Shown here one piece after another: positions 48,126 to 59,000 of a DNA stretch of 64,000 nt. Location: NCBI GenBank assembly GCA_035505655.1, contig DATJQP010000063.1, forward strand, positions 34,757 to 98,756. Direction: 5' to 3'. A program made the position numbers and the translations under genes. Origin of the DNA: Bacteroidota bacterium. Its GTDB lineage: Bacteria; Bacteroidota; Ignavibacteria; UBA10030; UBA8401. Below the pieces are notes generated by a model. That model saw only the letters and a list, made by a program, of their open reading frames with translations. It made no database searches and was not told the DNA's origin. Numbering within the stretch: position 1 is the stretch's first letter; every line of letters starts with the position of its first letter.

Positions 48126-50993
48126 TCAGCGGACAGTGTATGTGAAGGTGAGCATATAATAGCGGCCGAGGACATTGTTCTGCGTGTCCTCGATGTATGT
48201 ACCGGTCACCGTCCGCGTCACGCTTTTGTTTTGATTGAGCAGATCGGCGACCGACATCGTCAGTTCTCCCTGTTCCTTCGCGAACAATTTCTTGCCGAAA
48301 CTCATATTCCACAGGACGGTGTTTTTGTCATACCCTCCGCTCAGCCCGCTGATCAAAGCGTTGTCGACTTCATTCCGGTAAACGATCCCCTGCCAGAACA
48401 TGAGACTCGATTTCACCCCGGCCGTGTGAGAATAATAGTGGCTGTTGAGGTCCGGCTCGAAGGAGTTTTGTGAGATGTTATAGTTCCCCTGGTAGGAAAG
48501 GGTAAAATCGACCTTTTCGCTCACGTTGCTGCTGAGCACCGCTCCGGCACTCGGGCCGTACGTATTCGCGACGTTGAGGTTTCTGTTGATGAGGCCGGGA
48601 CTTCGTGCATAGGTGAGCCCAGACGTGAGGTTGAGGTTGCTCTTGATGGGGGTGACGACGAGACTGTAGGTGAGGAATGAATTGACCGTCCATTGGTCGT
48701 TGAGATTCACCGGATACGTCAATTGCGTTCCGCGGTTCATGACGATCCCCCCCGAGAGTATAGTGTCGCGAAGCGCCGTTGTCGTCGCGTTCGCAATATC
48801 ATTGTTGGTGTAACCGGCCGAGAGAAGAAGAAAGACGCTCCGGGCATTGTCGACGTTTGTCACCGAATAACGGGCGATGATAGACTGGGTGTATGATTGG
48901 CTCAGCGCCGGGTTCCCCGTGCTCAGCTGGAGCGGATTCGAATTGTCGACGACGTCCTGGAGCTGGGTGATGGACGGAGCCTGGGTAGAGGTTCTGTAGA
49001 AGATCCGGAGGTTTTTGTGGTCGGCAAGGTTGACCATCAGCATCGCATTCGGAAGCACATTGTAGAAGATCCTGTCGATCGTGCTGCTGAGGGGAAATGT
49101 CTGACGTCCGTGCAGTGATGCGACCTGATAGGAAACGCCGGCCATTGCATTGAGCCCTGAAATCCTGAGCCGATAGGCGATCCCTCCGCTTTGTGTCCAG
49201 TATTGGTTTTCATAACTGTTCGAGTATGCGGTGTCCGGCGTTGTGTACTCGCCGGTGAGTGGATCGAAATTGTACTTCTTATTGTCGGAGTTATTCCGCG
49301 AAAACGACGGGGTATAGCTCAGCATGAGCAGGCTAACGCCTCCGACCGGCTCGGTGTAGGCAAGCCGCGAGCTCAGCGAATAGCCCTCCGTCCGGACCGG
49401 CGTCTGCTGGTTGAGGGTATCGGAAGCGGTGCCGGTCGCCTGGTAGTATTCACTCGTCGCCTCCTGCATCGTGGTGCCGCGTTTGTTGTTCATTGTCGCG
49501 CCGACGTCGAGCGAGATCGTCCGTCCCGGCTCGTCGAATTTGTGGCGCAGGATGATGTGGTTTGACAGGTTGTCTCCGCTCGTATGGGCGTAGTTGTCGT
49601 TCGCGGTCTGATTGATGAGCTGCTGAGTTGCGAGTGAGTTAACGCCGCTGAGGAGACTTGAAGAGCTGTTGTTCTGAAAATAAAGCCGCGGGAGCTCGAT
49701 GATCGAGTTCAGTGTGTCCGGCGTATACACCATTCTCATGTCGACGCGGTGGTTCCCGTTCTTGCTCTCCGCATTGCTGTTTTCGTCGTAAAGGGTGACG
49801 GAATCCGGAGTCGGGAAGTACTGCATCCTCTGTTTCTGATCGTTCGATGTGTTCGTATTGTTGTAGAAATAGCTCTGCGTCACGGAGAGATCGCTCCCCC
49901 AGTTGTCGGTGTAATTGAGGCCGACGGAATTCGTCGTCGCGATTCCGCTCTGCTGACCGACGAGGAAGTTGCTCACATTCCCTCCGCCGAATCCTCCCGG
50001 TCCGCCGCCGACAAATCCGCCGCCTCCCATCCCACCCCCACCTCCGCCACCCCTGAATCCTCCTCCACCGCCTCCGCCAAAACCGCCCCGGCCGCCGCCG
50101 TTTCCGACAACCCCGAGCAGATCCTGGGTCGAGAAGTTCTGCTGGTTCAGGTTGTTCGAAAGAGCAATCGCGGAAAGCCTCGTTCCTTCGTGAAAGAAAT
50201 TGCCGCTTCCTCCGGTCAGGTAGCGGTCATCATCGCCGTATCCGCCGTAGACTTTGCCGAATTGTTGGTTTCGTTTGTTGGCTCTCGTAATAATATTGAT
50301 CGTCTTCACCGACTGACCGTCGTCGAAACCGGTAAACTCGGCCTGATCGCTCATTTTGTCAAAGACCTGGATCTTTGCAATCGCGTCGGCAGGAAGGTTC
50401 CTCAGCGCAAGGGTAGGATCGTTCCCGAAGAACGGTTTCCCGTCGACGAGAACCTGCTGAACGGTCTCCCCCTGAGCAGTGACCGTCCCGTTGGTGACGA
50501 TGACTCCGGGGAGTTTGCCGATGAGGTCTTCGGCGAGCGCATCCGGGTTCGTCTTGAAAGCTCCTGCGTTGAACTCCGTCGTATCGGCCTTTTGCACCGC
50601 CGGGGGCGGAGATCCCTCGATATCGACCTCTCCGAGAGGAATTGGGATCTGCTCAAGCTTGAGGTCCGGAAGGGTCACATTCCGGTCCATTACGCGGATT
50701 GTCTTCGTGAACGTCGTGCATCCGACAAAGGTCGCCTCGAGGAGGTAGGAATGCGTGCGGATTCCGGTGAACTGATAGTGACCGGAATAGTCGGTAGAGG
50801 TGATGTACGTTTCTTCGGGATTGTCGCTGTTCGTGATCTTGACGTGTGCACCATAAAGAGGAGTGCTTGTCTTGCTCTCAATGACCCTTCCTTCTACCTG
50901 GGAAGTCTGAGCGACTGCAAGGGAGGATATCAAGCAGAGGAGAACAATGCAAAAAGGTACCAACCTTGTCATCGGGCGTATCCAGACATTCAT
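48126..50993 (-). CDS. Outer-membrane beta-barrel / TonB-dependent-receptor-like protein (OMP_b-brl_3-like) with a Gly-rich insert
   Basis: Signal peptide after trimming the start to MNVWIRPMTRLVPFCIVLLCLISSLAVAQ. The CarbopepD_reg-like N-domain reads EGRVIESKTSTPLYGAHVKI, followed by a plug-like segment and a long Y/T/N/S-rich beta-strand region. The low-complexity insert reads GGGRGGFGGGGGGGFRGGGGGGGMGGGGFVGGGPGGFGGG. Confidence 0.7.
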   Translation of the reverse strand: MNVWIRPMTRLVPFCIVLLCLISSLAVAQTSQVEGRVIESKTSTPLYGAHVKITNSDNPEETYITSTDYSGHYQFTGIRTHSYLLEATFVGCTTFTKTIRVMDRNVTLPDLKLEQIPIPLGEVDIEGSPPPAVQKADTTEFNAGAFKTNPDALAEDLIGKLPGVIVTNGTVTAQGETVQQVLVDGKPFFGNDPTLALRNLPADAIAKIQVFDKMSDQAEFTGFDDGQSVKTINIITRANKRNQQFGKVYGGYGDDDRYLTGGSGNFFHEGTRLSAIALSNNLNQQNFSTQDLLGVVGNGGGRGGFGGGGGGGFRGGGGGGGMGGGGFVGGGPGGFGGGNVSNFLVGQQSGIATTNSVGLNYTDNWGSDLSVTQSYFYNNTNTSNDQKQRMQYFPTPDSVTLYDENSNAESKNGNHRVDMRMVYTPDTLNSIIELPRLYFQNNSSSSLLSGVNSLATQQLINQTANDNYAHTSGDNLSNHIILRHKFDEPGRTISLDVGATMNNKRGTTMQEATSEYYQATGTASDTLNQQTPVRTEGYSLSSRLAYTEPVGGVSLLMLSYTPSFSRNNSDNKKYNFDPLTGEYTTPDTAYSNSYENQYWTQSGGIAYRLRISGLNAMAGVSYQVASLHGRQTFPLSSTIDRIFYNVLPNAMLMVNLADHKNLRIFYRTSTQAPSITQLQDVVDNSNPLQLSTGNPALSQSYTQSIIARYSVTNVDNARSVFLLLSAGYTNNDIANATTTALRDTILSGGIVMNRGTQLTYPVNLNDQWTVNSFLTYSLVVTPIKSNLNLTSGLTYARSPGLINRNLNVANTYGPSAGAVLSSNVSEKVDFTLSYQGNYNISQNSFEPDLNSHYYSHTAGVKSSLMFWQGIVYRNEVDNALISGLSGGYDKNTVLWNMSFGKKLFAKEQGELTMSVADLLNQNKSVTRTVTGTYIEDTQNNVLGRYYMLTFTYTVR
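49969..50110 (-). repeat. Low-complexity Gly-rich coding tract inside the OMP gene
   Basis: GGN codon run. The opposite strand reads as the Pro-rich spurious ORF 49969..50193. Confidence 0.8.
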
Positions 50994-51302
50994 CGTCGCT
51001 AGTTCGACGCTCGCTACGGAGCATTGGTTTAACGAAATCCCGGTTGTGCGAAGCGCCTTCGAGCGCAAAGATCCGGGGGATCTCACCATATGAACTACTC
51101 ATCAAAGGCTCCGCCATTTTTCTGCCGAAGGAATGGCTTTGCCAGACTCTCTCCACGCATCCACCAACGCTTCCCTCGCTCACGACGGCTGGGTCTCTTT
51201 TTTCCATCAGGCAAATCAGGACACTACCAAGATCCGTCACTCCTTGATTCAATGCGAAAAAGTTCCTATCCTCAGAAAGTCTGCACCCTCTGAAAGCATC
51301 GA

Positions 51303-51887
51303 ATGGATCTGGCCCGCTCGTTTTCCCATGTCTTCAAAGACAGCTCCTGGTTTTTCAAAGTCTTTGTCGGGGGTCTGTTCCTCATCCTCTCGATGGCCGG
51401 AGTGGGCATCCCGTTCGTTCTCGGGTATGAGGCGCGGCACGTCGCCTCCATCTCCCGCCAACAGGATTCAGCGCTCCCTGAGTGGAAGCGACTTTCCGGG
51501 ATTTTCAGAGAAGGGATGACGATTGTGGCGGCGATGCTCGTCTATCTGACCGTCATCATCCTGACGGCGGCGGGAGCCGCCGGTGGACATCTTGATGGGG
51601 TGACAATCGGGGTCGGAGCCATGGCCGCGCTGGCGGCGAAGCCTCTCCTGATCATCCTGTACGTCCGGCGAAAAACGTTCATCGGATGCTTCCGGCTCGA
51701 CGATGTCATGCGATCAGTCTTCCACCACCCTGCACTCTTCGCCGTCGGCCTCGGAGTTTCCTTCCTCACCGTGTTGGGGACGCTGGCGCTGGGATGGATG
51801 TCGTTGATCCTCGGCTGGCCGTTTGTGATCTTCTGGGGGATCATCGTCAACGCGCATATCGCGGGACAACTCGCAACGATATCCTGA
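51303..51887 (+). CDS. DUF4013-family membrane protein
   Basis: FKDSSWFFKVFVGGLFLIL...IPFVLGYEARHV...LPEWKRLSGIFREG fits the DUF4013 N-terminal pattern. 4 TM helices. Confidence 0.55.
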   Translation: MDLARSFSHVFKDSSWFFKVFVGGLFLILSMAGVGIPFVLGYEARHVASISRQQDSALPEWKRLSGIFREGMTIVAAMLVYLTVIILTAAGAAGGHLDGVTIGVGAMAALAAKPLLIILYVRRKTFIGCFRLDDVMRSVFHHPALFAVGLGVSFLTVLGTLALGWMSLILGWPFVIFWGIIVNAHIAGQLATIS

Positions 51888-51894
51888 TCTCACA

Positions 51895-52803
51895 GTGAAA
51901 CTTGGGCGAATTGAGAAGGGGGTGAGTTTCTTCCTCAGAAACTTCTGGGACGCAACACGGTACTACACTCGCGGGCTTCTGGCGAGGTTCGTGGAAGACG
52001 ATGTCCTCTTTCTCGCATCGGGCATTGCCTTCAACGTCCTCCTCTGCATTATTCCCCTCCTTCTTCTCGTCTCCTCGCTGCTCGGGATTTTTCTGAAGTC
52101 ATCGGACATCGCGATGGCGAACATCGACAAGTTCCTTTCAAAGGCGCTCCCGAGTCAGGCCCAGGCCGTCGCGATCAAAGAGCTCACGTTCAGGATCATC
52201 AACGACTTTGTGGAATTTCGCCGCTCGCTGGGTCTTTTTGGAGCGCTCGTTCTTATCTACACCTCTTCATCACTTTTCAGCGCCGTCCGGTCGGCCCTTC
52301 ACCGGATCTACCATGTCACGACGACAACCGGGATTTTCGTCAGCCAGCTCAAGGACCTCATCCTTGTGCTCGCTCTCGGATGGCTCTTCATTTCGATCAA
52401 CACGCTCAACGGGCTCTACACGATGTTCTCACGGTACAGCTCGGAGATTTTTGGGCCGAACTTCCTCTTCCTGCAAACCGCCCTCCCCGATTTCCTTGCG
52501 AGGCTTACCTCGTTCCTGCTCACCGTTCTGATGGCGTTCCTGGCCTTCCGGTTCATCCCATTCTACGGGACGACGAACAGATCCTCGATCGTCGCAGCCA
52601 TATCGACGACCGTGCTCTGGAAGGCGGCCGGATTCCTCTTCGCGTGGTATTTGACGATGTTCCAGCCCTTCAGGAAGGTCTACGGAGCGTACGCTTTTAT
52701 CCTCGTCGCAATGGTGTGGGTCTATTGCTCCAGCATTGTGTTCATCATTGGAGCAACGCTCGGGGGGCTTTACAAAGAGCGGATAGAGATCAGCGATACG
52801 TAG
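51895..52803 (+). CDS. YihY/BrkB-family inner-membrane protein
   Basis: FLASGIAFNVLLCIIPLLLLV plus a 6-TM topology typical of YihY. Confidence 0.8.
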   Translation: MKLGRIEKGVSFFLRNFWDATRYYTRGLLARFVEDDVLFLASGIAFNVLLCIIPLLLLVSSLLGIFLKSSDIAMANIDKFLSKALPSQAQAVAIKELTFRIINDFVEFRRSLGLFGALVLIYTSSSLFSAVRSALHRIYHVTTTTGIFVSQLKDLILVLALGWLFISINTLNGLYTMFSRYSSEIFGPNFLFLQTALPDFLARLTSFLLTVLMAFLAFRFIPFYGTTNRSSIVAAISTTVLWKAAGFLFAWYLTMFQPFRKVYGAYAFILVAMVWVYCSSIVFIIGATLGGLYKERIEISDT

Positions 52804-52836
52804 GGCCGGCCTGCGGCGGGGGGAGGGGTGACACTC

Positions 52837-53826
52837 CTACTTCGCAAGAAAATCCTTCACGGCAGCAATGAACTCATCCTTCTTCTCGATGAAGAAGAAG
52901 TGGCCGGCATTGTCGAAGATTTGCTCCTTCGACCTTGGAAGCGATCCTACGAGGGATTCCATAGTGAAGTTGGAGATGTAATCCTTGTCGCCCACAAGGA
53001 CGAGCGACTTGATTTTGAGCGTCCTGAGGTCCTCCCTCGAGTCGAAATCCTTCAGGTTTCCGCTGATATCAAAGTAGCCGTGGGTCCCCCACATTTCAAA
53101 GTAGACCGGCCATGATCGATCGGGCATTGTGAAGTTGTCGGGGATTGACGCGGCGTTGGCGAAATAACTGGAGCTGCTCATCATCCCCTGAAGGACAACG
53201 TTTTCGTAGCCTGGAGTGTACTGGCCGTTGGCGATGAGACTATCTTTCTCGTATGCCTTGATCGTCGCTGCAACTTTGCGGGGCAGGAAATCACGAAAAT
53301 TGTTAAGCCACGCGTTGAGATCCGACACCTGGGCGGTCGTGCTCATGAGGACCAGTTTGTTGACGTTGGCCGGATGTTTGATCGCGTACTCCTGGGCCAC
53401 CATCCCCCCGGTTTCATGCCCGATGATGTTGAGGGCGGAGATTTTCAGCGTCGTCCGGACCGACTCGATGTCGGCAACCATGTTCTCGATCGTGTACATC
53501 GCCGGATTTCTGAACTCGGCCGAACGACCGCAGCCCCTCGGGTCGAGATAGATCATCTGATTGGAAGAGTCAAGCTCTGTGAGGTACGGAAGGAGATAGT
53601 CGAACGAGTATCCCGGGCCTCCCGGAATAACCAGCGTCGGCGACCCGTTCCCTTCGATCCGTATATAGAGGCTCACTCCCCCCTTGCCGGTGACGTATCC
53701 CGTGACGACCTTCTGCTTCAACGGAATGGCATCCGAATTCACCGCGTTCACCCGCTCCGTCCGCAAGCACCCATCGAACGAGCACGTCAGCGCCGCAACG
53801 AAGATCATCAACAATGGAGTGCGCAT
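52837..53826 (-). CDS. Secreted alpha/beta hydrolase (proline-iminopeptidase-like)
   Basis: LVIPGGPGYSFDY, the GHETGG nucleophile elbow and the overall fold. The start was trimmed to the ATG at 53826 (signal peptide MRTPLLMIFVAALTC). Confidence 0.75.
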   Translation of the reverse strand: MRTPLLMIFVAALTCSFDGCLRTERVNAVNSDAIPLKQKVVTGYVTGKGGVSLYIRIEGNGSPTLVIPGGPGYSFDYLLPYLTELDSSNQMIYLDPRGCGRSAEFRNPAMYTIENMVADIESVRTTLKISALNIIGHETGGMVAQEYAIKHPANVNKLVLMSTTAQVSDLNAWLNNFRDFLPRKVAATIKAYEKDSLIANGQYTPGYENVVLQGMMSSSSYFANAASIPDNFTMPDRSWPVYFEMWGTHGYFDISGNLKDFDSREDLRTLKIKSLVLVGDKDYISNFTMESLVGSLPRSKEQIFDNAGHFFFIEKKDEFIAAVKDFLAK

Positions 53827-53939
53827 ACAAAGTCTCCTGCGGGAGTCATTGAATGGTTCGTCCTCATTCAGCACAGATGGGCGGCAACGCTGGATCAAAT
53901 CAGGCAGAATGTAAACAGTTTTTCTGCGAATGTAAAGGG

Positions 53940-54521
53940 CTATTTTCTCAACCACTCTTCGAAAAGGCTCTCAAAAAGTCCGGGGGAAAACTGGAGTCCA
54001 TCGTACTGTCCGGCGGCGGTCCGCTGACGAAGTGCCTCGTAAAGAATGACGGCACAGGCCACTGAGACGTTAAGACTCTGGATCATCCCCATCATGGGTA
54101 TTTTGATTGTCCCATCCGCAAGCGACGCCGCTTCGTCCGAGACGCCGATGTGCTCGTTTCCGAAAACGATCGCGCATTTTGATGTGAGGTCGATGGCATA
54201 GGGTGATCGTGCCTCATCGGAGAGGCGCGTCGCAAGGATGAGAAAACCCTCGGATCGGAGCTGATCGTAGCACGACCGCACCGATGGAAATTTCCTGCGT
54301 CCCACCCACTTGTTCGCGCTCGACGAGCTCTTCTTCCCCACCCTCGGAAACTTCTCCTTCGTGTAGACGAGCTGGACTTCGTGAATTCCGACCGCATCCG
54401 CCGAGCGGAGCATCGCGCTGACGTTGTGGGGATCGTGAATATTCTCCATGACGATCGTCAGCCCGGGCTGGCGCCGCGACAGGACCGACCGGATCTTCGA
54501 TTCACGCCGCTCCGATTTCAT
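53940..54521 (-). CDS. trmH: SpoU/TrmH-family tRNA/rRNA 2'-O-methyltransferase
   Basis: LTIVMENIHDPHNVSAMLRSADAVG...IVFGNEHIGVSD...IPMMGMIQSLNVSVACAVILYE are the SPOUT motifs. Confidence 0.85.
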   Translation of the reverse strand: MKSERRESKIRSVLSRRQPGLTIVMENIHDPHNVSAMLRSADAVGIHEVQLVYTKEKFPRVGKKSSSSANKWVGRRKFPSVRSCYDQLRSEGFLILATRLSDEARSPYAIDLTSKCAIVFGNEHIGVSDEAASLADGTIKIPMMGMIQSLNVSVACAVILYEALRQRTAAGQYDGLQFSPGLFESLFEEWLRK

Positions 54522-55420
54522 TGCTGTTCGCCGACCGTTCCGTTAGCTGTTGACGAGGTGAGTTCGAGGAGCACAATCGCTCCAATGACCATCGTCCCCC
54601 CGGCAACCTGAAGGGGCGCCATGCCCCCTCCGAGGAAGAAATACGCCGTCGCAATGGCAACGACGGGCTCGAGGGTGCTCGTGATGATCGCCCGCGTCGG
54701 TGTGAGAAGATGGAGTCCGGCGAAATAGAATGAGTACGGCACAAGAATCGACGTCGTCGACACGAGGGCGAAGATCCCCCAATCCGAAAGCGAATATCCC
54801 GCGCTGAGAATCACCTGGGGAGGTTGAACGAAGAGCCAGAAAATCGTGGCCGCTCCGAGTGAAAAGATCATAGAGGGCCAGATCGCGTACCTCCGGGTGA
54901 GCGGTTTTCCGGCGATATTGAAGATCGAGTACGACACCGCGGCGACGAGGGCGTAGAGGATTCCTGCTCCGCGAGCAACAAGCAGACCGTCAAGTCCTCC
55001 GACAGCGAGAAAAATCCCCAAAGTCGAAACAACGAGGGAAAGAAGTTTCCACCTCGTCATCTTCTCTCCCTGAACGATGACGGCGTAGATCGCCACCATC
55101 ATCGGTGCGGAATACTGGACAAGGATGGCGGTCGCAACATTCGATTCCCGAATCGCATAGTAGTAAAAGTAGTTAGATCCCGCGATACCGCCGATCCCGA
55201 CGAGAGCAATGAGAGGAATGTCTTTGATCCTGAACCTGAGCGACGAAGGGTTCTTCACAAGCACGGCAAGGAGGAGGACGAGGAACGCGATCGAGACGCG
55301 GGTCTGGATAATAATGAGGGGCTGGAACTGGATGTTAAAGAGATGCTTGACGATCGTCGCGGAGGCTCCCCACAGCGTAGCCGCCGCGGCAATGAGAAAA
55401 TACCCTTTTGCGGATTTCAT
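54518..55420 (-). CDS. EamA/DMT-family transporter
   Basis: 10 TM helices forming two EamA repeats. 4-nt overlaps with both neighbours. Confidence 0.85.
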   Translation of the reverse strand: MKSAKGYFLIAAAATLWGASATIVKHLFNIQFQPLIIIQTRVSIAFLVLLLAVLVKNPSSLRFRIKDIPLIALVGIGGIAGSNYFYYYAIRESNVATAILVQYSAPMMVAIYAVIVQGEKMTRWKLLSLVVSTLGIFLAVGGLDGLLVARGAGILYALVAAVSYSIFNIAGKPLTRRYAIWPSMIFSLGAATIFWLFVQPPQVILSAGYSLSDWGIFALVSTTSILVPYSFYFAGLHLLTPTRAIITSTLEPVVAIATAYFFLGGGMAPLQVAGGTMVIGAIVLLELTSSTANGTVGEQQ

Positions 55421-55959
55421 TGCGGAGGCTGCTCTCCCGCCTCATCCGCCTTGAGCCGGTAGTACTCGGCGAGGTCCTCATCGCCGAGGAGATGATAGAG
55501 GTACGACAGCCGGCCGCAGAGGGTCTTCTTGTCCGTCACGGCGTCGAGACCGTGCTTGACGAATTCGATCAGCCCTTCAAGCGGAGGAATATTGAGGTCC
55601 GGATCGTAGCAGTCGCACGCATGGAGGTACGGCTCGGCCGCCGACGGATTTACCCGCGCGGCCTTTTCGTAATAGAGGAGACTGTGCTCGAAGTTGTCCT
55701 TCGAAGCGAAGACCGCTTCGAAGACGCTGGCCATCCAGAGATAGATGTCGTACGAGGCGTGGGGAAACTCCCGCGCGAGCTTTTCGCCGAAGAGTTCGAT
55801 CTCCTCGACGCGAAGGGAGTCGTTCCAGAAGAGAATACGGTACAGCTCTATGTCGTCGATCTTCTGGGCGATCGCCGACTCAAACGCATCGAAGATTTCG
55901 TTGAAGTTTGTGGCGGAGGCGAAACGCTGGCGGATTTCATCGCGAGAGAGTTCCGGCAT
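55417..55959 (-). CDS. Hypothetical cytoplasmic acidic helical protein
   Basis: 180 aa with no signal peptide and no recognisable motif. It lies immediately downstream of the large secreted PLD-family protein gene. Confidence 0.35.
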   Translation of the reverse strand: MPELSRDEIRQRFASATNFNEIFDAFESAIAQKIDDIELYRILFWNDSLRVEEIELFGEKLAREFPHASYDIYLWMASVFEAVFASKDNFEHSLLYYEKAARVNPSAAEPYLHACDCYDPDLNIPPLEGLIEFVKHGLDAVTDKKTLCGRLSYLYHLLGDEDLAEYYRLKADEAGEQPPQ

Positions 55960-56052
55960 GATCTCCTCAATTTGCAGCGTAAAATACGGATGCCGCTCCT
56001 GAAAATCAACAAATCAGGAGAGCGAGTCGCCTCCGGAGATCGCGGTCGAGCC

Positions 56053-59000
56053 CTACTTCAGCAACATCAACTTGGTCGTAGCGACGAAGCTTCCGGACTC
56101 CATCCTGGCAAAATAGACACCGCTGGAATACCTCCCGGCGTTCCACTCCACGGTGTACGTTCCCGGATTGAGCTTCCCGTTCACGAGCGTCGCCACCTCC
56201 CTTCCGAGAATGTCGTAGATCCTCAACGTCACCGGGCGCGCAGCGGCAATCGAGAACCGCAGTTTCGTCGAGGGGTTGAACGGATTAGGATAGTTCTGCC
56301 CGAGCGCGAAGGTCGTCGGCAACACGGTCGGGACCTCCGTCACCGAGATGGCGATGTTGTCGGTTCCCCCAGCGTCGAGGTAGCGCTGTTTGAACTCCTG
56401 AAGGTAAAGGTTCGCTACTCTCTTGCTGTGAAGGATGAGCGTGTTTTCATCGTTCGCCGTTTCGGCGGAACTTGACCAGTTGTGCGACCCGGTGATGACG
56501 ATGTTCGACTCCGAGGGGATGTCGGCGTCAACGATCGCATACTTGTGATGCAGCAGACCGTTGAGACTCGCCGCTTTGAGAAGAACGTCGACCCCGGCAT
56601 TTTTGAGGGTAGCGAACTCGTTGCCGGTGTCGGTGTTGTTGTCCAGCACGACGCGCACCTTCTCATTCTCGCCTTTCTCCGCGATGAGAGCTTGTGCAAG
56701 GTCGTCCCTCGTAAACGTCAGCATGCAAATGTTGACGGAAGATTTCGCCGAGCTTACCGCCGTGAGGATCTTCGATGTCGTCTTGTCCGAGGGGCTGAAA
56801 TACGATTCGACAGGAATCCCGCCGATGACAAACCTGTGCGGCGTGATGTCGGACTTTCTGTAGCCGAAACGCGAAGCAGTCTGGTTGGGACTGTCTCCGC
56901 TGCTCCCCCACATTTGGTTGAACTCGACAGTGTAGGCCTCGGCCAGCGACCGATCCTGGATTTCGACCATATTCTGAGCGTCATTGTTGGTGCCCGGGTC
57001 GGTGGCGTTCCAGGAGCCGGTGACGACCCAATCGATGCGGGTCGCCGAAGTATCCCGATGATCGAAGACGTAGAACTTATTATGCATGAGCCCCGCCCCC
57101 GCATCGACAGCGTCGTAGGCGTCGTCGATGACGACGATCCCGGCACTCCTGAGCGTCCCCCAGGGAGCGGTGGTGATATTGTCGTGTTCGCCGATGACCC
57201 GGATCTTGACGCCGCGGTTGTGCGCGGCGAGAAGCGCCGCCGCAATATTGGCCCCGACAGTCCCGCTGAAACTGTAGGTGCACATGTCAATCGAGCGTTG
57301 CGCCTGGCCGATGCGGTAGAGAAGCACTTTGGAGAGGTCGGTTGTTTTGGCGCTTTCCGCAAGGGCAACCGAAAAATTTACCGTCTTGTTGAAGTAGATC
57401 CTCAGCGAATCGCTCGACGTTGAGCCGCTGATGAAAATCGCGTCGCCCGTTGCATCCGACCCGGAGTTGTCACTGGCCACCACCTGGTAGTGATAGATCG
57501 TCGAAGGAACGAGGTTCTTCAGGAGAACGGAGTGGGCCGTGTCGGAACCAACATTTACAGAATCTGTGTACGAAGTCGTCGTGCCGTACCGCACAGTCTC
57601 AGTTGAAGCGGTAACCGTCGGCGCAACGATGGTCACCGAAGTCGGAGTAATGCCGGTCTCGTACGGGATTCCCTTATAGACCGGTCCGGGGTGTACGATG
57701 ATGTCGGCCGGCGTCCGGGGATCGACCTCGTAGTCCGCCGTGTACGGCGCTGCCGCCGTTTGCTTGAACTGCTTGAGGATTCCTATGAGGTCAAACGTTC
57801 CGGTCGGCGGAGTCCAGGTGGAGGGAAGGTAGCACGACGTCGTCCCGGTCGCATCGGTGATCGGTCCGGCGGTCCCCGGAGTTCCAGCATAGGTGACGTT
57901 GTTGATTCTTACCAATCTTCCCTCGTCGGGTTCCGTGTAGACGTCTGTGTTGAATGTCTCGTTGACGTCGTGCGCCGTAAGGAGAAACGGAGCGGGAAGA
58001 GGGTTGCCGCTTGAGTGGAGGAAATATTTCGTGGAGTCGAGTGAAACTTCCAGGAGACCGTGAAATTGAGTAATGGTTCCTGTAACGGTGATGCTGTCTC
58101 CGACTTGGTAGTTGTACGACCTGAAGGGCCGATAGATGCACACTCCCGCCGTGGCGTCCTGGACAAAAATGTTGGTGTACGAAGCGCTGAAATCTCCGGT
58201 GACAACACCGGACACTGACACCGTAGCACCAACCTGGTACGGCGCCGCCTGCACTCCGAGGGAATCGTTGACATGGAGGTCTATGATCGGAATTACTTTG
58301 ATCACAGCAACATTGAGGTTCGAGCTGATTCTCACCGGCACGCCGCCGTTCAGGGCGCTCAGGACGTTGAACTGGCAAGTGAGGGCAGAGTCCGGAGCCG
58401 TCACCGAGGCAATGACGATGATCCCCGTATCCGAATCCGTCACCGAAGCATGTCCGACCTGAATCGTGTCCCCCACGACCGTCACGTGTCCCGCCGCAGC
58501 TCCTCCCCCAACGGTGACGCTCGCCGCAGACTGGGACCACGTCAGCCCGTCGGGGACAACGATAACGAGGCTGTCGAGGGTGTTTACCCCGTCGCCGGCG
58601 ACTTCAATGGTAAATGAGCCGGTTGTGCCCGCCTGAATGAAGGTCGGAGCGATCGCCGCGGATCCGGTCCCGTTCCCGCCGACCGTGAGCGAGGGTTCGA
58701 CAGGGCTAGCGCTGTTTTGCGGCTGGGGAGACGTGCGGACGACAAAATCACTGGAGTTGTTGTCCGAGTCGTATCCGTTCCCGGCGAACTCATCGCTTCC
58801 CCCAGCCGCCAGTGTCAGCGCCGTTGAGGAGGAATTCGCCTTTCGCTCCACGGAGGTCGAGTTGCTCGGAGCGGGAGTCGGTCCGCTCCCTTCGTAGCCA
58901 TTCGCCGTGCCGTACCCTACCCTGTCGATCACTGAAGATCCGGTCGGGTTGGCCCCGCTCAGAGCGGTTGTGCTGTTCACGAGCGCGATCTTTCCCGCCG

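Noticed and set aside
49749-51002. 417-aa +strand ORF and the Pro-rich 49969..50193 ORF (PPPNPPGPPPTNPPPPIPPPPPPP)
   Set aside because: They are the mirror image of the Gly-rich tract and the barrel region of the OMP gene on the minus strand. The OMP frame has a signal peptide, a plug and a beta-barrel pattern.
56482-58540. Several 250-313-aa ORFs on both strands inside 56053..59364
   Set aside because: They are nested within or antisense to the LTD/PLD/T9SS gene, whose frame carries coherent domains from signal peptide to sorting tail.
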